A stretch of DNA of 64,000 nucleotides from Clostridia bacterium (GTDB taxonomy: Bacteria; Bacillota; Clostridia; UMGS1883; UMGS1540): assembly GCA_017620205.1 (NCBI GenBank), contig JAFZQX010000019.1:18887-82886 (forward strand), given 5' to 3'. The position numbers were made by a program, and so were the translations under genes. Under the pieces are notes generated by a model, which was not told the DNA's origin, searched no databases, and was given only the letters and a program-made list of their open reading frames with translations. The number at the start of each line of letters is the position of its first letter. Position 1 is the first letter of the stretch. This document shows positions 42,911 to 50,958 of this stretch, one piece after another.

Positions 42911-43325
42911 AAAATCACCTCATTATTGTAATTATAACACAATTTATACGATAACACAATATCTTATTTTAATAATTTCCGTATTTATGTTAACGCTAAT
43001 TTTGTAACTAAAATGTAATAATTGGAGTTGCTAAAAAACAAAGCCGGAGAAAATGGCGAAAACGCCGTTTTTATGCGAAAAATTGCAATATTTTGCCGGG
43101 CGCTAAAGGCAGAAAATGTAAATTGTTTCTTCGATTTTGAAAAAAATTAACGTAAAAAACGCAAAAAAATGAGAAAAAATAAAAATTTTTTTAACAACTT
43201 TTTAAAATTTGGCAATCAAATGAAAACCCTTTTGTAACAAGGGATTTCGGGTTATTCGGAGATGCTTGAAACGCCAAAAAACGGATAAAATCAAGGGTTT
43301 AAGAGGACAAAAAAAGAAAAAAAGT

Positions 43326-43354
43326 TTGACAAAATATATTTTTTAAGGTAAAAT
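43326..43354 (+). promoter_or_regulatory. sigma-A-type promoter (TTGACA-17-TAAAAT) for the 3D-domain gene
   Basis: Perfect -35 hexamer and a good -10 hexamer sit about 22 nt upstream of the AAGGAG RBS. Confidence 0.55.
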
Positions 43355-43376
43355 GTTACAGCAAAGGAGTGATTGG

Positions 43377-44669
43377 ATGTTTAAAGGCAATGAGTTTTCA
43401 GAACTGAAAAAAAGAAAATACTTTGTTTCTTCTTCTGTTCTGATGCTTCTTGTTTTCTTGTTCGTAATCCTCATGGCAGCATGGTCGAACAATATCGTTA
43501 ATATCAATGACGACGGAATAGTCATGAACGTAAAGACAAAGCAGCCGACAGTTGCGGAAGTTCTATCCGAATCATCAATTACTCTTGGCGATTTTGATAA
43601 GGTAGAACCCGCGCTCGATACGCCTATACACAACGAAATGGATATAACAATTACAAGAGCCGTAATGATAACTGTTGTAGATAACGGTGTTCCGGTTCAA
43701 TATTACAGCACTGCAAAAACAGTTGAAGATGTTCTTAATCAAACAGGATATACCGTAAACGATTATGACAGAATATCTCCTGCAAAGACATCAGAAGTTA
43801 AAAGCGGCACAAAAATCGTTATTGACAGAGCTAAGAAGATTTTTGTTATTGAAGGCGATAACAGTAAAGAAGTATATACAACAGCTGAAACGGTAGAAGA
43901 ATTCTTAAAAGAAATTGGTTTTGATTTAAACGCTGACGCTGACTTTAACCTTGAACCCGGTGATGCTCTCAAAAACGAAATGAAGATAAAAATTACGCCT
44001 GTTGTGTCATCTTATGAAGATGTTACGGAATCAATTGCGTATGAAACAGAAACCAGGGAAAATTCCTCGATGGCAAAAGGTACTTCTAAAGTAACCTGCG
44101 ATGGCGTTGAAGGAACACGTGTTGTAACATATTTGGTTAAAACTAAAGACGGCGTTGAAGTATCAAGAGAACAGGTTGATTCTAAGATTACAAAAGACCC
44201 TGTCAATAAAATTGTAGAAGTAGGTACTGCGGCTGAAACAAAGTCCGGTTCAAAAGCATCTGCATCAGCTGCTTCTTCATCCGGATCATCTGCGCAGAAA
44301 GCGTCAACAGCTTCTGCATCAACTAATTCAGGTAAGAACTTCAGCTATTCTAACGTATTGACTTGCAGCGCAACAGCATATGACTTATCTTATGAAAGCT
44401 GCGGTAAGCGTCCCGGCGATAAGAACTACGGTATCACAGCAAGCGGCATGCCGGCGCAATACGGCGTTGTAGCTGTTGATCCCTCTGTTATACCTCTCGG
44501 TACTAAACTTTATATTGAATCAACTGACGGTTCATGGACATATGGTTACTGCGTAGCAGGGGACACGGGCGGCGGAATCAACGGTAACCGTGTTGACCTT
44601 TTCTTTAACAGCCGTTCCGAGGCTCTGCAGTTTGGCAGACGTCAGGTAAGAGTTTATATACTCAGTTAA
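43377..44669 (+). CDS. secreted cell-wall protein with DUF348 repeats, G5 domain and C-terminal 3D (MltA-like) domain (YabE/YuiC-like)
   Basis: N-terminal TM/signal anchor, repeated V..V.DNG/ITIT segments, a Ser/Ala-rich linker, and a C-terminal 3D domain (YGYCVAGDTGGGI..NRVDLFF). Confidence 0.75.
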   Translation: MFKGNEFSELKKRKYFVSSSVLMLLVFLFVILMAAWSNNIVNINDDGIVMNVKTKQPTVAEVLSESSITLGDFDKVEPALDTPIHNEMDITITRAVMITVVDNGVPVQYYSTAKTVEDVLNQTGYTVNDYDRISPAKTSEVKSGTKIVIDRAKKIFVIEGDNSKEVYTTAETVEEFLKEIGFDLNADADFNLEPGDALKNEMKIKITPVVSSYEDVTESIAYETETRENSSMAKGTSKVTCDGVEGTRVVTYLVKTKDGVEVSREQVDSKITKDPVNKIVEVGTAAETKSGSKASASAASSSGSSAQKASTASASTNSGKNFSYSNVLTCSATAYDLSYESCGKRPGDKNYGITASGMPAQYGVVAVDPSVIPLGTKLYIESTDGSWTYGYCVAGDTGGGINGNRVDLFFNSRSEALQFGRRQVRVYILS

Positions 44670-44685
44670 TTTAATTATTAATCCG

Positions 44686-44716
44686 CGAAGCTGTGATTAG
44701 TTCACAGCTTCGTTTA
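44686..44716 (+). terminator. rho-independent terminator after 3D-domain gene
   Basis: CGAAGCTGTGA-ttagt-TCACAGCTTCG hairpin followed by TTTAT. Confidence 0.7.
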
Positions 44717-44785
44717 TGGATTTCATATTGTGCCTTACAGAATACACTCGCAAAGGAAATTTTTTTTAAAATCTAAAAAAACGTA

Positions 44786-44814
44786 TTGACAAACTGTTAT
44801 AATTTTGCTATAAT
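44786..44814 (+). promoter_or_regulatory. sigma-A promoter (TTGACA-17-TATAAT) of the tRNA operon
   Basis: Perfect consensus hexamers about 15 nt upstream of tRNA-Gly. Confidence 0.6.
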
Positions 44815-44829
44815 AGACAAGTCGACCAC

Positions 44830-44903
44830 GCGGGTGTAGTTCAGTGGTAGAACATCAGCCTTCCAAGCTGATTGTGTGGGTTCGATTCCCATCACCCGCT
44901 CCA
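44830..44903 (+). tRNA. tRNA-Gly (anticodon UCC)
   Basis: 74-nt cloverleaf with anticodon loop cUUCCAAg and encoded CCA. Confidence 0.9.
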
Positions 44904-44906
44904 TAT

Positions 44907-44983
44907 GCGCCTGTAGCTCAGCAGGATAGAGCAACTGCCTTCTAAGCAGTGGGCCAGGAGTTCGAGTCTCTTCAGGCGCGCCA
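44907..44983 (+). tRNA. tRNA-Arg (anticodon UCU)
   Basis: 77-nt cloverleaf with anticodon stem ACTGC/GCAGT, loop CTTCTAA and encoded CCA. Confidence 0.85.
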
Positions 44984-44987
44984 ACAT

Positions 44988-45065
44988 GGTGGGTATAGCT
45001 CAGTTGGTTAGAGCGCTGGTTTGTGGCACCAGAGGTCGTCGGTTCGACCCCGACTACCCACCCCA
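44988..45065 (+). tRNA. tRNA-His (anticodon GUG)
   Basis: 78 nt including the His-specific G-1. It is nearly colinear with E. coli tRNA-His (GGTGG.TATAGCTCAGTTGGT.AGAGC), ends in CCA and carries anticodon GTG. Confidence 0.9.
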
Positions 45066-45100
45066 ACTTCTATTTCTGGGGTGTGCCGTTTAAGTGACGA

Positions 45101-45175
45101 TGGGCTGTAGCCAAGCGGTAAGGCACCAGACTTTGACTCTGGCATTCGTAGGTTCGAATCCTGCCAGCCCAGCCA
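45101..45175 (+). tRNA. tRNA-Gln (anticodon UUG)
   Basis: 75 nt with a U1-A72 acceptor pair, anticodon loop cUUUGAc and encoded CCA. Confidence 0.85.
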
Positions 45176-45195
45176 GATTTTATTTAACTTAATAT

Positions 45196-45271
45196 GACTC
45201 ATTAGCTCAGTTGGCAGAGCACTTGACTTTTAATCAAGGTGTCCGGAGTTCGAATCTCCGATGGGTCACCA
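45196..45271 (+). tRNA. tRNA-Lys (anticodon UUU)
   Basis: 76 nt with anticodon loop cUUUUAAu, T-arm GGAGTTCGAATCTCC and encoded CCA. Confidence 0.9.
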
Positions 45272-45275
45272 AAAA

Positions 45276-45310
45276 AGAGCCGTTCGCTTTAGCGAACAGT
45301 TCTTTTTTAT
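45276..45310 (+). terminator. rho-independent terminator of tRNA operon
   Basis: GTTCGC-ttta-GCGAAC hairpin followed by a T6 run. Confidence 0.65.
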
Positions 45311-45461
45311 ATCTCTCAGAGGAGATTCGAACTCTGAGAGGGCTGCGAGCCGTTAAGAAAACAGTTCGGTGAACTGTTTTTAGCGAAGCAGGTGCGCAAG
45401 GCGGGTACTGCACGCTGTGCGTGCGGTCGCCGAGCAGGGCAGATTTGCCATGCAAATGTGC

Positions 45462-45479
45462 ATCTCCGATGGGTCACCA
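45462..45479 (+). repeat. 18-nt direct repeat of the tRNA-Lys 3' end (ATCTCCGATGGGTCACCA)
   Basis: Identical to 45254-45271, which comprises the T-arm 3' strand, acceptor 3' strand and CCA of tRNA-Lys. This fits an integrase att-core remnant or a decayed tRNA duplication. Confidence 0.7.
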
Positions 45480-45672
45480 AAGCAAAAATCCTGTCACGAA
45501 GTGATAGGATTATTTGCTTTGTATTATTCATTTTTAAGTATTAATTCTTAAGTATTCATTAAATATGACAGGATTTTCTAAATGAATAATGAATACTTAA
45601 AACTTAATAATGAATAATTGGAAAATCGCAAAGACGATTTTGTTTATAACTAAAATTTAGAGGAGAACTAAA

Positions 45673-45966
45673 ATGGTAAAACACATAATTTTATGGAAGC
45701 TCAAAGAAGAATATAACACGGATGAAGTTAAAAACGGCATTAAGGAAGGCCTTGAAGGGCTTATGGGAAACATCCCCGGTCTTTTGGAAATATCCGTTCA
45801 GACGGAAAAACTCGAAAGCTCTACAGCCGACGTTATGCTTTACTCTGTTTTTGAAGATGAAGCGGCGCTTCGCGGCTATGCTGTGCACCCAAGCCACGTT
45901 GAGGTTGCAAACAGCAAGGTAAGACCTTTTACAGAGTCAAGATACTGCATGGACTTTTCTGAATAA
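45673..45966 (+). CDS. Dabb (stress-responsive dimeric alpha+beta barrel) domain protein
   Basis: 97 aa with a pattern typical of the Dabb family (HIILWKLKEE...VHPSHVEV). An AGGAGAA RBS precedes it. Confidence 0.65.
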   Translation: MVKHIILWKLKEEYNTDEVKNGIKEGLEGLMGNIPGLLEISVQTEKLESSTADVMLYSVFEDEAALRGYAVHPSHVEVANSKVRPFTESRYCMDFSE

Positions 45967-45981
45967 AGGAGATATTGTTTT

Positions 45982-47208
45982 ATGAAAAAGATCGTTGCTT
46001 TTATTTTAGCACTTTTTGTTTTCCTTAATTGTTCTTGTGTTTCTGCTGTTTACAGCATAAATGATTTTGCCACAAGAGCAAACGCTCTGGGAATTTTGAT
46101 TGACACAGCAGACATCCAGGCGGATTTGAGCGTTTTGGACAAATTTTCTGACGCCGACAGGATATCGGATAAAGAAAAGAATATATTCGCTTATTGCGTG
46201 GGTCAGGGCCTTCTGAAAGGTTATCCCGACGGAACTTTGCAGCCTTACGGAGAGATAACAAGGGGAGAATATGCCGTTATTATTGAAAGACTTTTAAAAG
46301 ACACAATGACACCCAAAACGGTTTTTGATTTTGACATAAAATATGATGACGGCGAGCCGTGGTGCGAGAGCGCGCTGAATTTCTGCTCGGCAAACCTTTT
46401 AATGCTTGGCTATGGCAATGACTTCGGAATAAACGATAATCTTACAGACGGCCAACTTAATATAATAAAAAAACGTTTTGGTTTAAAACCGAGCTGCAAT
46501 GATATCTGCACAGCGCTCATATTAAACAACTTGGACGAACTTGACTATGATGCTGTTATGTGGTCGGGATACGATGAAATACTAAAATTTACCGATGCGG
46601 ATATTCCTAAGCAGAGCTATGAATCCAAAGTAGAGTGGGCGAATTTAGGGGAGAATTTCAACATGTATGATTATTTCTTTGAAAGCTTACCTGCCGATTT
46701 TAAATACTATTGTGCTTTAAATACGCAGTTTAATACTGCTTTTGATTTTGAAAAGTATACGGGAAATGATGCCGCCATACTTCGCCTTTCTTCAAGAAAG
46801 TCTTTTTTAGAATGTCACAGCACGGCTTTCGGAGTAAATACGCCTTTGTTTGATGAAGGTGGAGAATCGTTATCTGAAAAAGATAGATATGTTTCTGAAA
46901 TTACAGATAAAATCAGAAATGGAGTAAAAGTTAAAGCGTTTTTTGTACCGTCTACATATAATTATTTTCGTTATGACCAACATTTTCCCGGCATCGGAAC
47001 AAAAAATGTAAAGAACGCAAAAGGTTATGAATATTTTAAATATATCTCGGGCGCACCCGAGGGTATGGAAAACGGAAAATGGTACAGAAGGGTGGTAAAA
47101 ACTTCTTTATCAAACGGTGAAACGTATAATACCAGATACACCGCAAGTTTTGATGTGAAATACGAAGAGGAGGAACCCGTCCCCGAATGTTTATTGAAAA
47201 AAGAATAA
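45982..47208 (+). CDS. secreted protein with N-terminal SLH (S-layer homology) domain
   Basis: Signal peptide present. The SLH consensus is matched by GLLKGYPDGTLQPYGEITRGEYAVII. The C-terminal 300 aa have unknown function. Confidence 0.65.
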   Translation: MKKIVAFILALFVFLNCSCVSAVYSINDFATRANALGILIDTADIQADLSVLDKFSDADRISDKEKNIFAYCVGQGLLKGYPDGTLQPYGEITRGEYAVIIERLLKDTMTPKTVFDFDIKYDDGEPWCESALNFCSANLLMLGYGNDFGINDNLTDGQLNIIKKRFGLKPSCNDICTALILNNLDELDYDAVMWSGYDEILKFTDADIPKQSYESKVEWANLGENFNMYDYFFESLPADFKYYCALNTQFNTAFDFEKYTGNDAAILRLSSRKSFLECHSTAFGVNTPLFDEGGESLSEKDRYVSEITDKIRNGVKVKAFFVPSTYNYFRYDQHFPGIGTKNVKNAKGYEYFKYISGAPEGMENGKWYRRVVKTSLSNGETYNTRYTASFDVKYEEEEPVPECLLKKE

Positions 47209-47219
47209 ACACACACTTT

Positions 47220-47246
47220 CGGAGCAAGGAAACTTGCTCCTTTTTT
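47220..47246 (+). terminator. rho-independent terminator after SLH gene
   Basis: GGAGCAAG-gaaa-CTTGCTCC hairpin followed by a T6 run. Confidence 0.75.
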
Positions 47247-47249
47247 CTA

Positions 47250-47278
47250 TTGACAAATCTTAAAATAAGTATTATAAT
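47250..47278 (+). promoter_or_regulatory. sigma-A promoter (TTGACA-17-TATAAT) of lexA operon
   Basis: Perfect consensus hexamers. An imperfect Cheo-like dyad (GGGACAAATGTACC, 47286-47299) lies immediately downstream of the -10. Confidence 0.55.
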
Positions 47279-47325
47279 CATAAGTGGGACAAATGTACCA
47301 CTTAGGAATCGAAGGGTGTGTTTTT

Positions 47326-47922
47326 ATGCGAACTAAAAATCCGGAATACTTTGAAAAGATTTTAAACTGCATAGATAAATACAAAGAGGAGGCGGGCGCG
47401 TGTCCGACTGTGCGTGAGATAGCAGAAAAAACGGGTATTACAAAAACAACCGTTTCGCGTTATATTATGGATATGCGCGAGAGAAATATTATAGATTACA
47501 GCGGGCACAGGAATATAACAACCAAAAGAGACAGGGGCGAAACGGTAAAAGTGCCTCTGCTCGGTGCCGTATCGTGCGGCGTTCCGAAATACGCCGAGGA
47601 AAACATTGAGGAATATATAAAGCTTCCCGTGTCTCTTTTCGGCAAGGGAGAATATTTTCTTTTAAGGGCAAACGGGGATTCTATGATTGACGCCGGTATA
47701 GACGACGGTGATTTGGTTCTCCTGCGCGCGCAGAATACTGCGGAGACAGGGCAAATAGTTTCCGCGCTTATAGACGATGAAGCAACGCTTAAAAGGTTTT
47801 ATCCCGAACCGCAAAAGGGAAGAATAAAACTTCATCCCGAAAACAGCGCTCTTGAAGATATATATACGGACAAATGCGCAATACAGGGCGTTGCAGTTAA
47901 AGTTATAAAGGACTTGGTGTAA
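47326..47922 (+). CDS. lexA: LexA repressor (S24 peptidase)
   Basis: N-terminal winged HTH and C-terminal S24 domain with Ser (GDSM) and Lys (TLKRF). The sequence is close to Bacillus LexA across the cleavage and catalytic region. The start is chosen at the ATG after a GAAGGGTG RBS. Confidence 0.85.
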   Translation: MRTKNPEYFEKILNCIDKYKEEAGACPTVREIAEKTGITKTTVSRYIMDMRERNIIDYSGHRNITTKRDRGETVKVPLLGAVSCGVPKYAEENIEEYIKLPVSLFGKGEYFLLRANGDSMIDAGIDDGDLVLLRAQNTAETGQIVSALIDDEATLKRFYPEPQKGRIKLHPENSALEDIYTDKCAIQGVAVKVIKDLV

Positions 47923-47926
47923 AGAT

Positions 47927-48211
47927 ATGAAAAGCGAATATATAAGAGTGCCGCTTGAGGTCTATGTGCTTTGTGAGAGCGACGGCTCTTTCAGCCCCAA
48001 AAAACTTTTATATCACGATAAATCTTTCGAAATCACAAAAACGCTCTCTGTGCGCCCGAAATGCCCTAAAGAGGTCGGATGTATAGCGCCGCTTGAATAT
48101 ACCGTTTTAATAGACAATGAAGAGCGCAAAATCTACTACGAGCACGAAACGAATACATGGTTTTCCGTAAAGGAGATAAAAAATGAAGGAGCGAGCAATT
48201 CTGCACAGTGA
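47927..48211 (+). CDS. hypothetical small protein between lexA and Y-family polymerase (position analogous to YolD-like accessory proteins)
   Basis: 94-aa ORF, tightly packed and overlapping the polymerase start by 29 nt. No recognisable motif. Confidence 0.45.
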   Translation: MKSEYIRVPLEVYVLCESDGSFSPKKLLYHDKSFEITKTLSVRPKCPKEVGCIAPLEYTVLIDNEERKIYYEHETNTWFSVKEIKNEGASNSAQ

Positions 48212-49415
48212 CGCGAACAGCTTTTACGCGTCCGTTGAAACGGTTTTAAACCCCGCGCTTCGCGGGAAGGCTTTAGCTGTCTGCGGAAACAGGGAAGACA
48301 GGCACGGCATTGTGCTTGCAAAAAGCGAAAAAGCGAAAGCGGCGGGCGTTAAAACGGGAATGACCATATGGGAGGCGGAAAAGCTGTGCCCGGATCTTTT
48401 GGTGGCGCCGCCGCAGTATGAATATTATTTAAAGTTTTCAAAGCTTTTGTTCCAAATATACAGCCGCCATACAGACCTTATAGAGCCTTTTGGCATGGAC
48501 GAGTGCTGGCTTGACGTTACAAATTCGGCAAGGCCGCCTATGGAGACAGCGGAAGATATACGGTGTGCCGTTCGCGACGAACTCGGCATAACGGTAAGCA
48601 TAGGCGTATCGTTTAATAAAGTTTTTGCAAAGCTTGGCAGCGACATGAAAAAGCCCGATGCGATAACGGAAATAACAAGAGAAAATTTTAAAGAAAAGGT
48701 ATGGCCTCTGCCGTGCTCCGACCTTATCTATTGCGGCAGGGCTACTACGGCGCACCTAAAAAAACTTAATGTTAAAACAATAGGCGACATTGCCGCGTAT
48801 CCGCAGGAGTATTTAAAAAAGAAGCTTGGAAAAAGCGGAGCTATGCTTTGGGACTTTGCAAACGGACTTGATACATCAAGAGTTTCGCACATGGATTATA
48901 AAGTTCCGGCAAAATCTCTCGGTCACGGAATAACGTGCGTATCGGATATTGAAAATACGGAAGATGCGGAAAAGGTTATATACGCGCTTTCACAGGATAT
49001 AGGCTATAAACTGCGGCTTATGGAGCTTAAAGCTTGCGGTGTGCATCTTTTTGTCAGAGACAACAAGCTTTTGACGGTAGGCTGGCAGGCACCGCTTGAA
49101 GTACCGAGTTCGGATGAGAGTATCATAGCAGAAAAAGCGTTTGAAATTTTAAAGGAAAACTATACATGGGAAAAGCCCATACGCGCACTGACTGTTACAT
49201 CCATAGGGCTTGTAACCAAGAGCTTTCCGGAGCAGATAAATGTGTTTTTTGATAATGAAAAATCCGATAAAAGAGAACGTCTTTGCAAAAGCATAGACAG
49301 CATTAAAGAGAAATTTGGCAAAAAAACAATATTTCCGGCGGTAGTGCTGAATGAGAGTAAAATGCCGTCCCATGCGGGAAAAGAGATCATTATGCCAAAC
49401 CAAATGTACCGTTGA
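48183..49415 (+). CDS. Y-family translesion DNA polymerase (DinB/UmuC-like)
   Basis: N-terminal ILHSDANSFYASVE (matches the Y-family catalytic motif of DinB/UmuC polymerases), palm/finger motifs and a little-finger domain. An AAGGAG RBS precedes it. Confidence 0.85.
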   Translation: MKERAILHSDANSFYASVETVLNPALRGKALAVCGNREDRHGIVLAKSEKAKAAGVKTGMTIWEAEKLCPDLLVAPPQYEYYLKFSKLLFQIYSRHTDLIEPFGMDECWLDVTNSARPPMETAEDIRCAVRDELGITVSIGVSFNKVFAKLGSDMKKPDAITEITRENFKEKVWPLPCSDLIYCGRATTAHLKKLNVKTIGDIAAYPQEYLKKKLGKSGAMLWDFANGLDTSRVSHMDYKVPAKSLGHGITCVSDIENTEDAEKVIYALSQDIGYKLRLMELKACGVHLFVRDNKLLTVGWQAPLEVPSSDESIIAEKAFEILKENYTWEKPIRALTVTSIGLVTKSFPEQINVFFDNEKSDKRERLCKSIDSIKEKFGKKTIFPAVVLNESKMPSHAGKEIIMPNQMYR

Positions 49416-49456
49416 CAAGCTTAAAAACATATGTTATTCTTGAAATAAGAGGTGAT

Positions 49457-50494
49457 ATGATGCCGTTTAATATTATACGTGACGATATAACAAGACTTGA
49501 TATGGACGCCATAGTAAACGCCGCAAACAGCAGGCTGGCGTATGGCGGCGGCGTTTGCGGTGCGATATTTTCGGCTGCGGGCGCAGCTGAACTCCAGGCG
49601 GAGTGCGATAAAATAGGATATTGCGAAACGGGCGGTGCGGTTATTACAAATGGTTATAATCTTAAAGCAAAATATATAATACACACCGTAGGACCTATAT
49701 ACGGCGAAAACCCAAAAGAAGAGGAGAAACAGCTTTATTCATGCTACAAAAACTCGTTGGAGCTTGCAGCCGGGCATAAGCTTGAATCTATCGCTTTTCC
49801 GCTGATTTCGTCAGGCATATACGGTTATCCGAAAGCAGAAGCATTAAAAATAGCTACAAAAGCAATTAAAGATTTTCTTGCGGAAAATGATATGGACGTG
49901 TATCTTGTTGTTTATGACAAGGCCTCGTTTCATATAAGCGAAAAGCTTTTTGACAGCGTAAAAAGCTATATTGACGATAAATTGATAAAGCCGGACAGCA
50001 GGCGGTGCTTGTGCGATGAAGGGGTTTCTGTGCCGTTGCCGTGTTTGGCAGACAAAGAATATGATTACATACCCGAAGGCTCAACGTTACAAGGCGCACC
50101 TTCTGCTAAAATACAGTTTGAGAAAAAAGAATCACTTGACGCTCTTTTAAATAAAAAAACGGAAACGTTTTCGGAAATGCTTCTGCGTCTTATAGACGAG
50201 AGAGGAATGTCGGATGTTGAGGTTTACAAAAGAGCAAACATAGACAGAAAGCTTTTTTCGAAGATGAGAAAAAAAGACTATATGCCGAAAAAAACTACAG
50301 TTATGGCGCTTGTGATTTCGCTGAAGCTTGGCAAAAAAGAAGCTGAAATGCTTTTAAACCGTGCGGGTTTTGCCTTTTCCGAAAGCAGCAAGTTCGATAT
50401 TATAATAGAATATTTTATAGAAAACGGAATATATGATATATATGAAATAAACGAAGCGCTGTTTGCGTTTGAAGAAAAGCTTTTGGGCGCATAG
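49457..50494 (+). CDS. macro-domain protein (ADP-ribose/O-acetyl-ADP-ribose hydrolase-like) fused to C-terminal XRE-type HTH-like domain
   Basis: N-terminal macro motifs (DAIVNAANSRLAYGGGVCGAIF, HTVGP, AFPLISSGIYGYP). The C-terminal ~120 aa resemble an HTH_3 domain (FSEMLLRLIDERGMSDVEVYKRANIDRKLFSKM). Confidence 0.7.
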   Translation: MMPFNIIRDDITRLDMDAIVNAANSRLAYGGGVCGAIFSAAGAAELQAECDKIGYCETGGAVITNGYNLKAKYIIHTVGPIYGENPKEEEKQLYSCYKNSLELAAGHKLESIAFPLISSGIYGYPKAEALKIATKAIKDFLAENDMDVYLVVYDKASFHISEKLFDSVKSYIDDKLIKPDSRRCLCDEGVSVPLPCLADKEYDYIPEGSTLQGAPSAKIQFEKKESLDALLNKKTETFSEMLLRLIDERGMSDVEVYKRANIDRKLFSKMRKKDYMPKKTTVMALVISLKLGKKEAEMLLNRAGFAFSESSKFDIIIEYFIENGIYDIYEINEALFAFEEKLLGA

Positions 50495-50506
50495 GGGAGG
50501 GATAAT

Positions 50507-50935
50507 ATGATATATACGGATATGACTAAGAAGGCACTAAAACTGTCGTTTGAAGCACATAAGGATCAATTTGATAAAAGCGGGATGCCGTATGTTTATC
50601 ACCCTTTTCATCTCGCTGAGCAAATGAAAGATGAAAATACAACAATTGTTGCGCTCCTGCATGATGTTGCAGAGGATACCGGCATTACAATAGATAACAT
50701 CAGAGACATGGGGTTTTGCGAAGAAGTATGCGCCGCACTAAGTCTTATGACACATGACGATAATACTCCGTATATGGAATACGTAAGCAAATTAAAGAGC
50801 AATCCAATAGCAAAAGCCGTAAAGTTAGCTGATTTAAAGCACAACAGCGACTTGGCAAGACTGGACATAGTTGACGAAAAGGCCTTAAAAAGAGTAGAAA
50901 AATATAAAGCCGCTATGGAAGAACTTTTAAAATAA
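50507..50935 (+). CDS. small alarmone hydrolase (SAH; stand-alone SpoT/Mesh1-like HD domain)
   Basis: 142 aa with H..H...HD metal motif (YHPFHLAE, ALLHDVAEDT) as in RelA/SpoT hydrolase domains. It has no synthetase or TGS/ACT domains. Confidence 0.65.
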   Translation: MIYTDMTKKALKLSFEAHKDQFDKSGMPYVYHPFHLAEQMKDENTTIVALLHDVAEDTGITIDNIRDMGFCEEVCAALSLMTHDDNTPYMEYVSKLKSNPIAKAVKLADLKHNSDLARLDIVDEKALKRVEKYKAAMEELLK

Positions 50936-50958
50936 AATTTGTCGCTTTAAAAGCGACC

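Noticed and set aside
42911-43376. ydaO (c-di-AMP) riboswitch upstream of the 3D-domain cell-wall gene
   Set aside because: The region lacks the G-rich conserved ydaO segments. A consensus promoter sits only about 22 nt upstream of the RBS, so most of the region is not in this gene's leader. It is kept only as a low-confidence item to test computationally.
45008-45531. Reverse-strand ORFs of 64-89 aa overlapping the tRNA genes
   Set aside because: They are fully explained by the tRNA-Gly/Arg/His/Gln/Lys genes and GC-rich spacer on the opposite strand. They have no RBS and are spurious.
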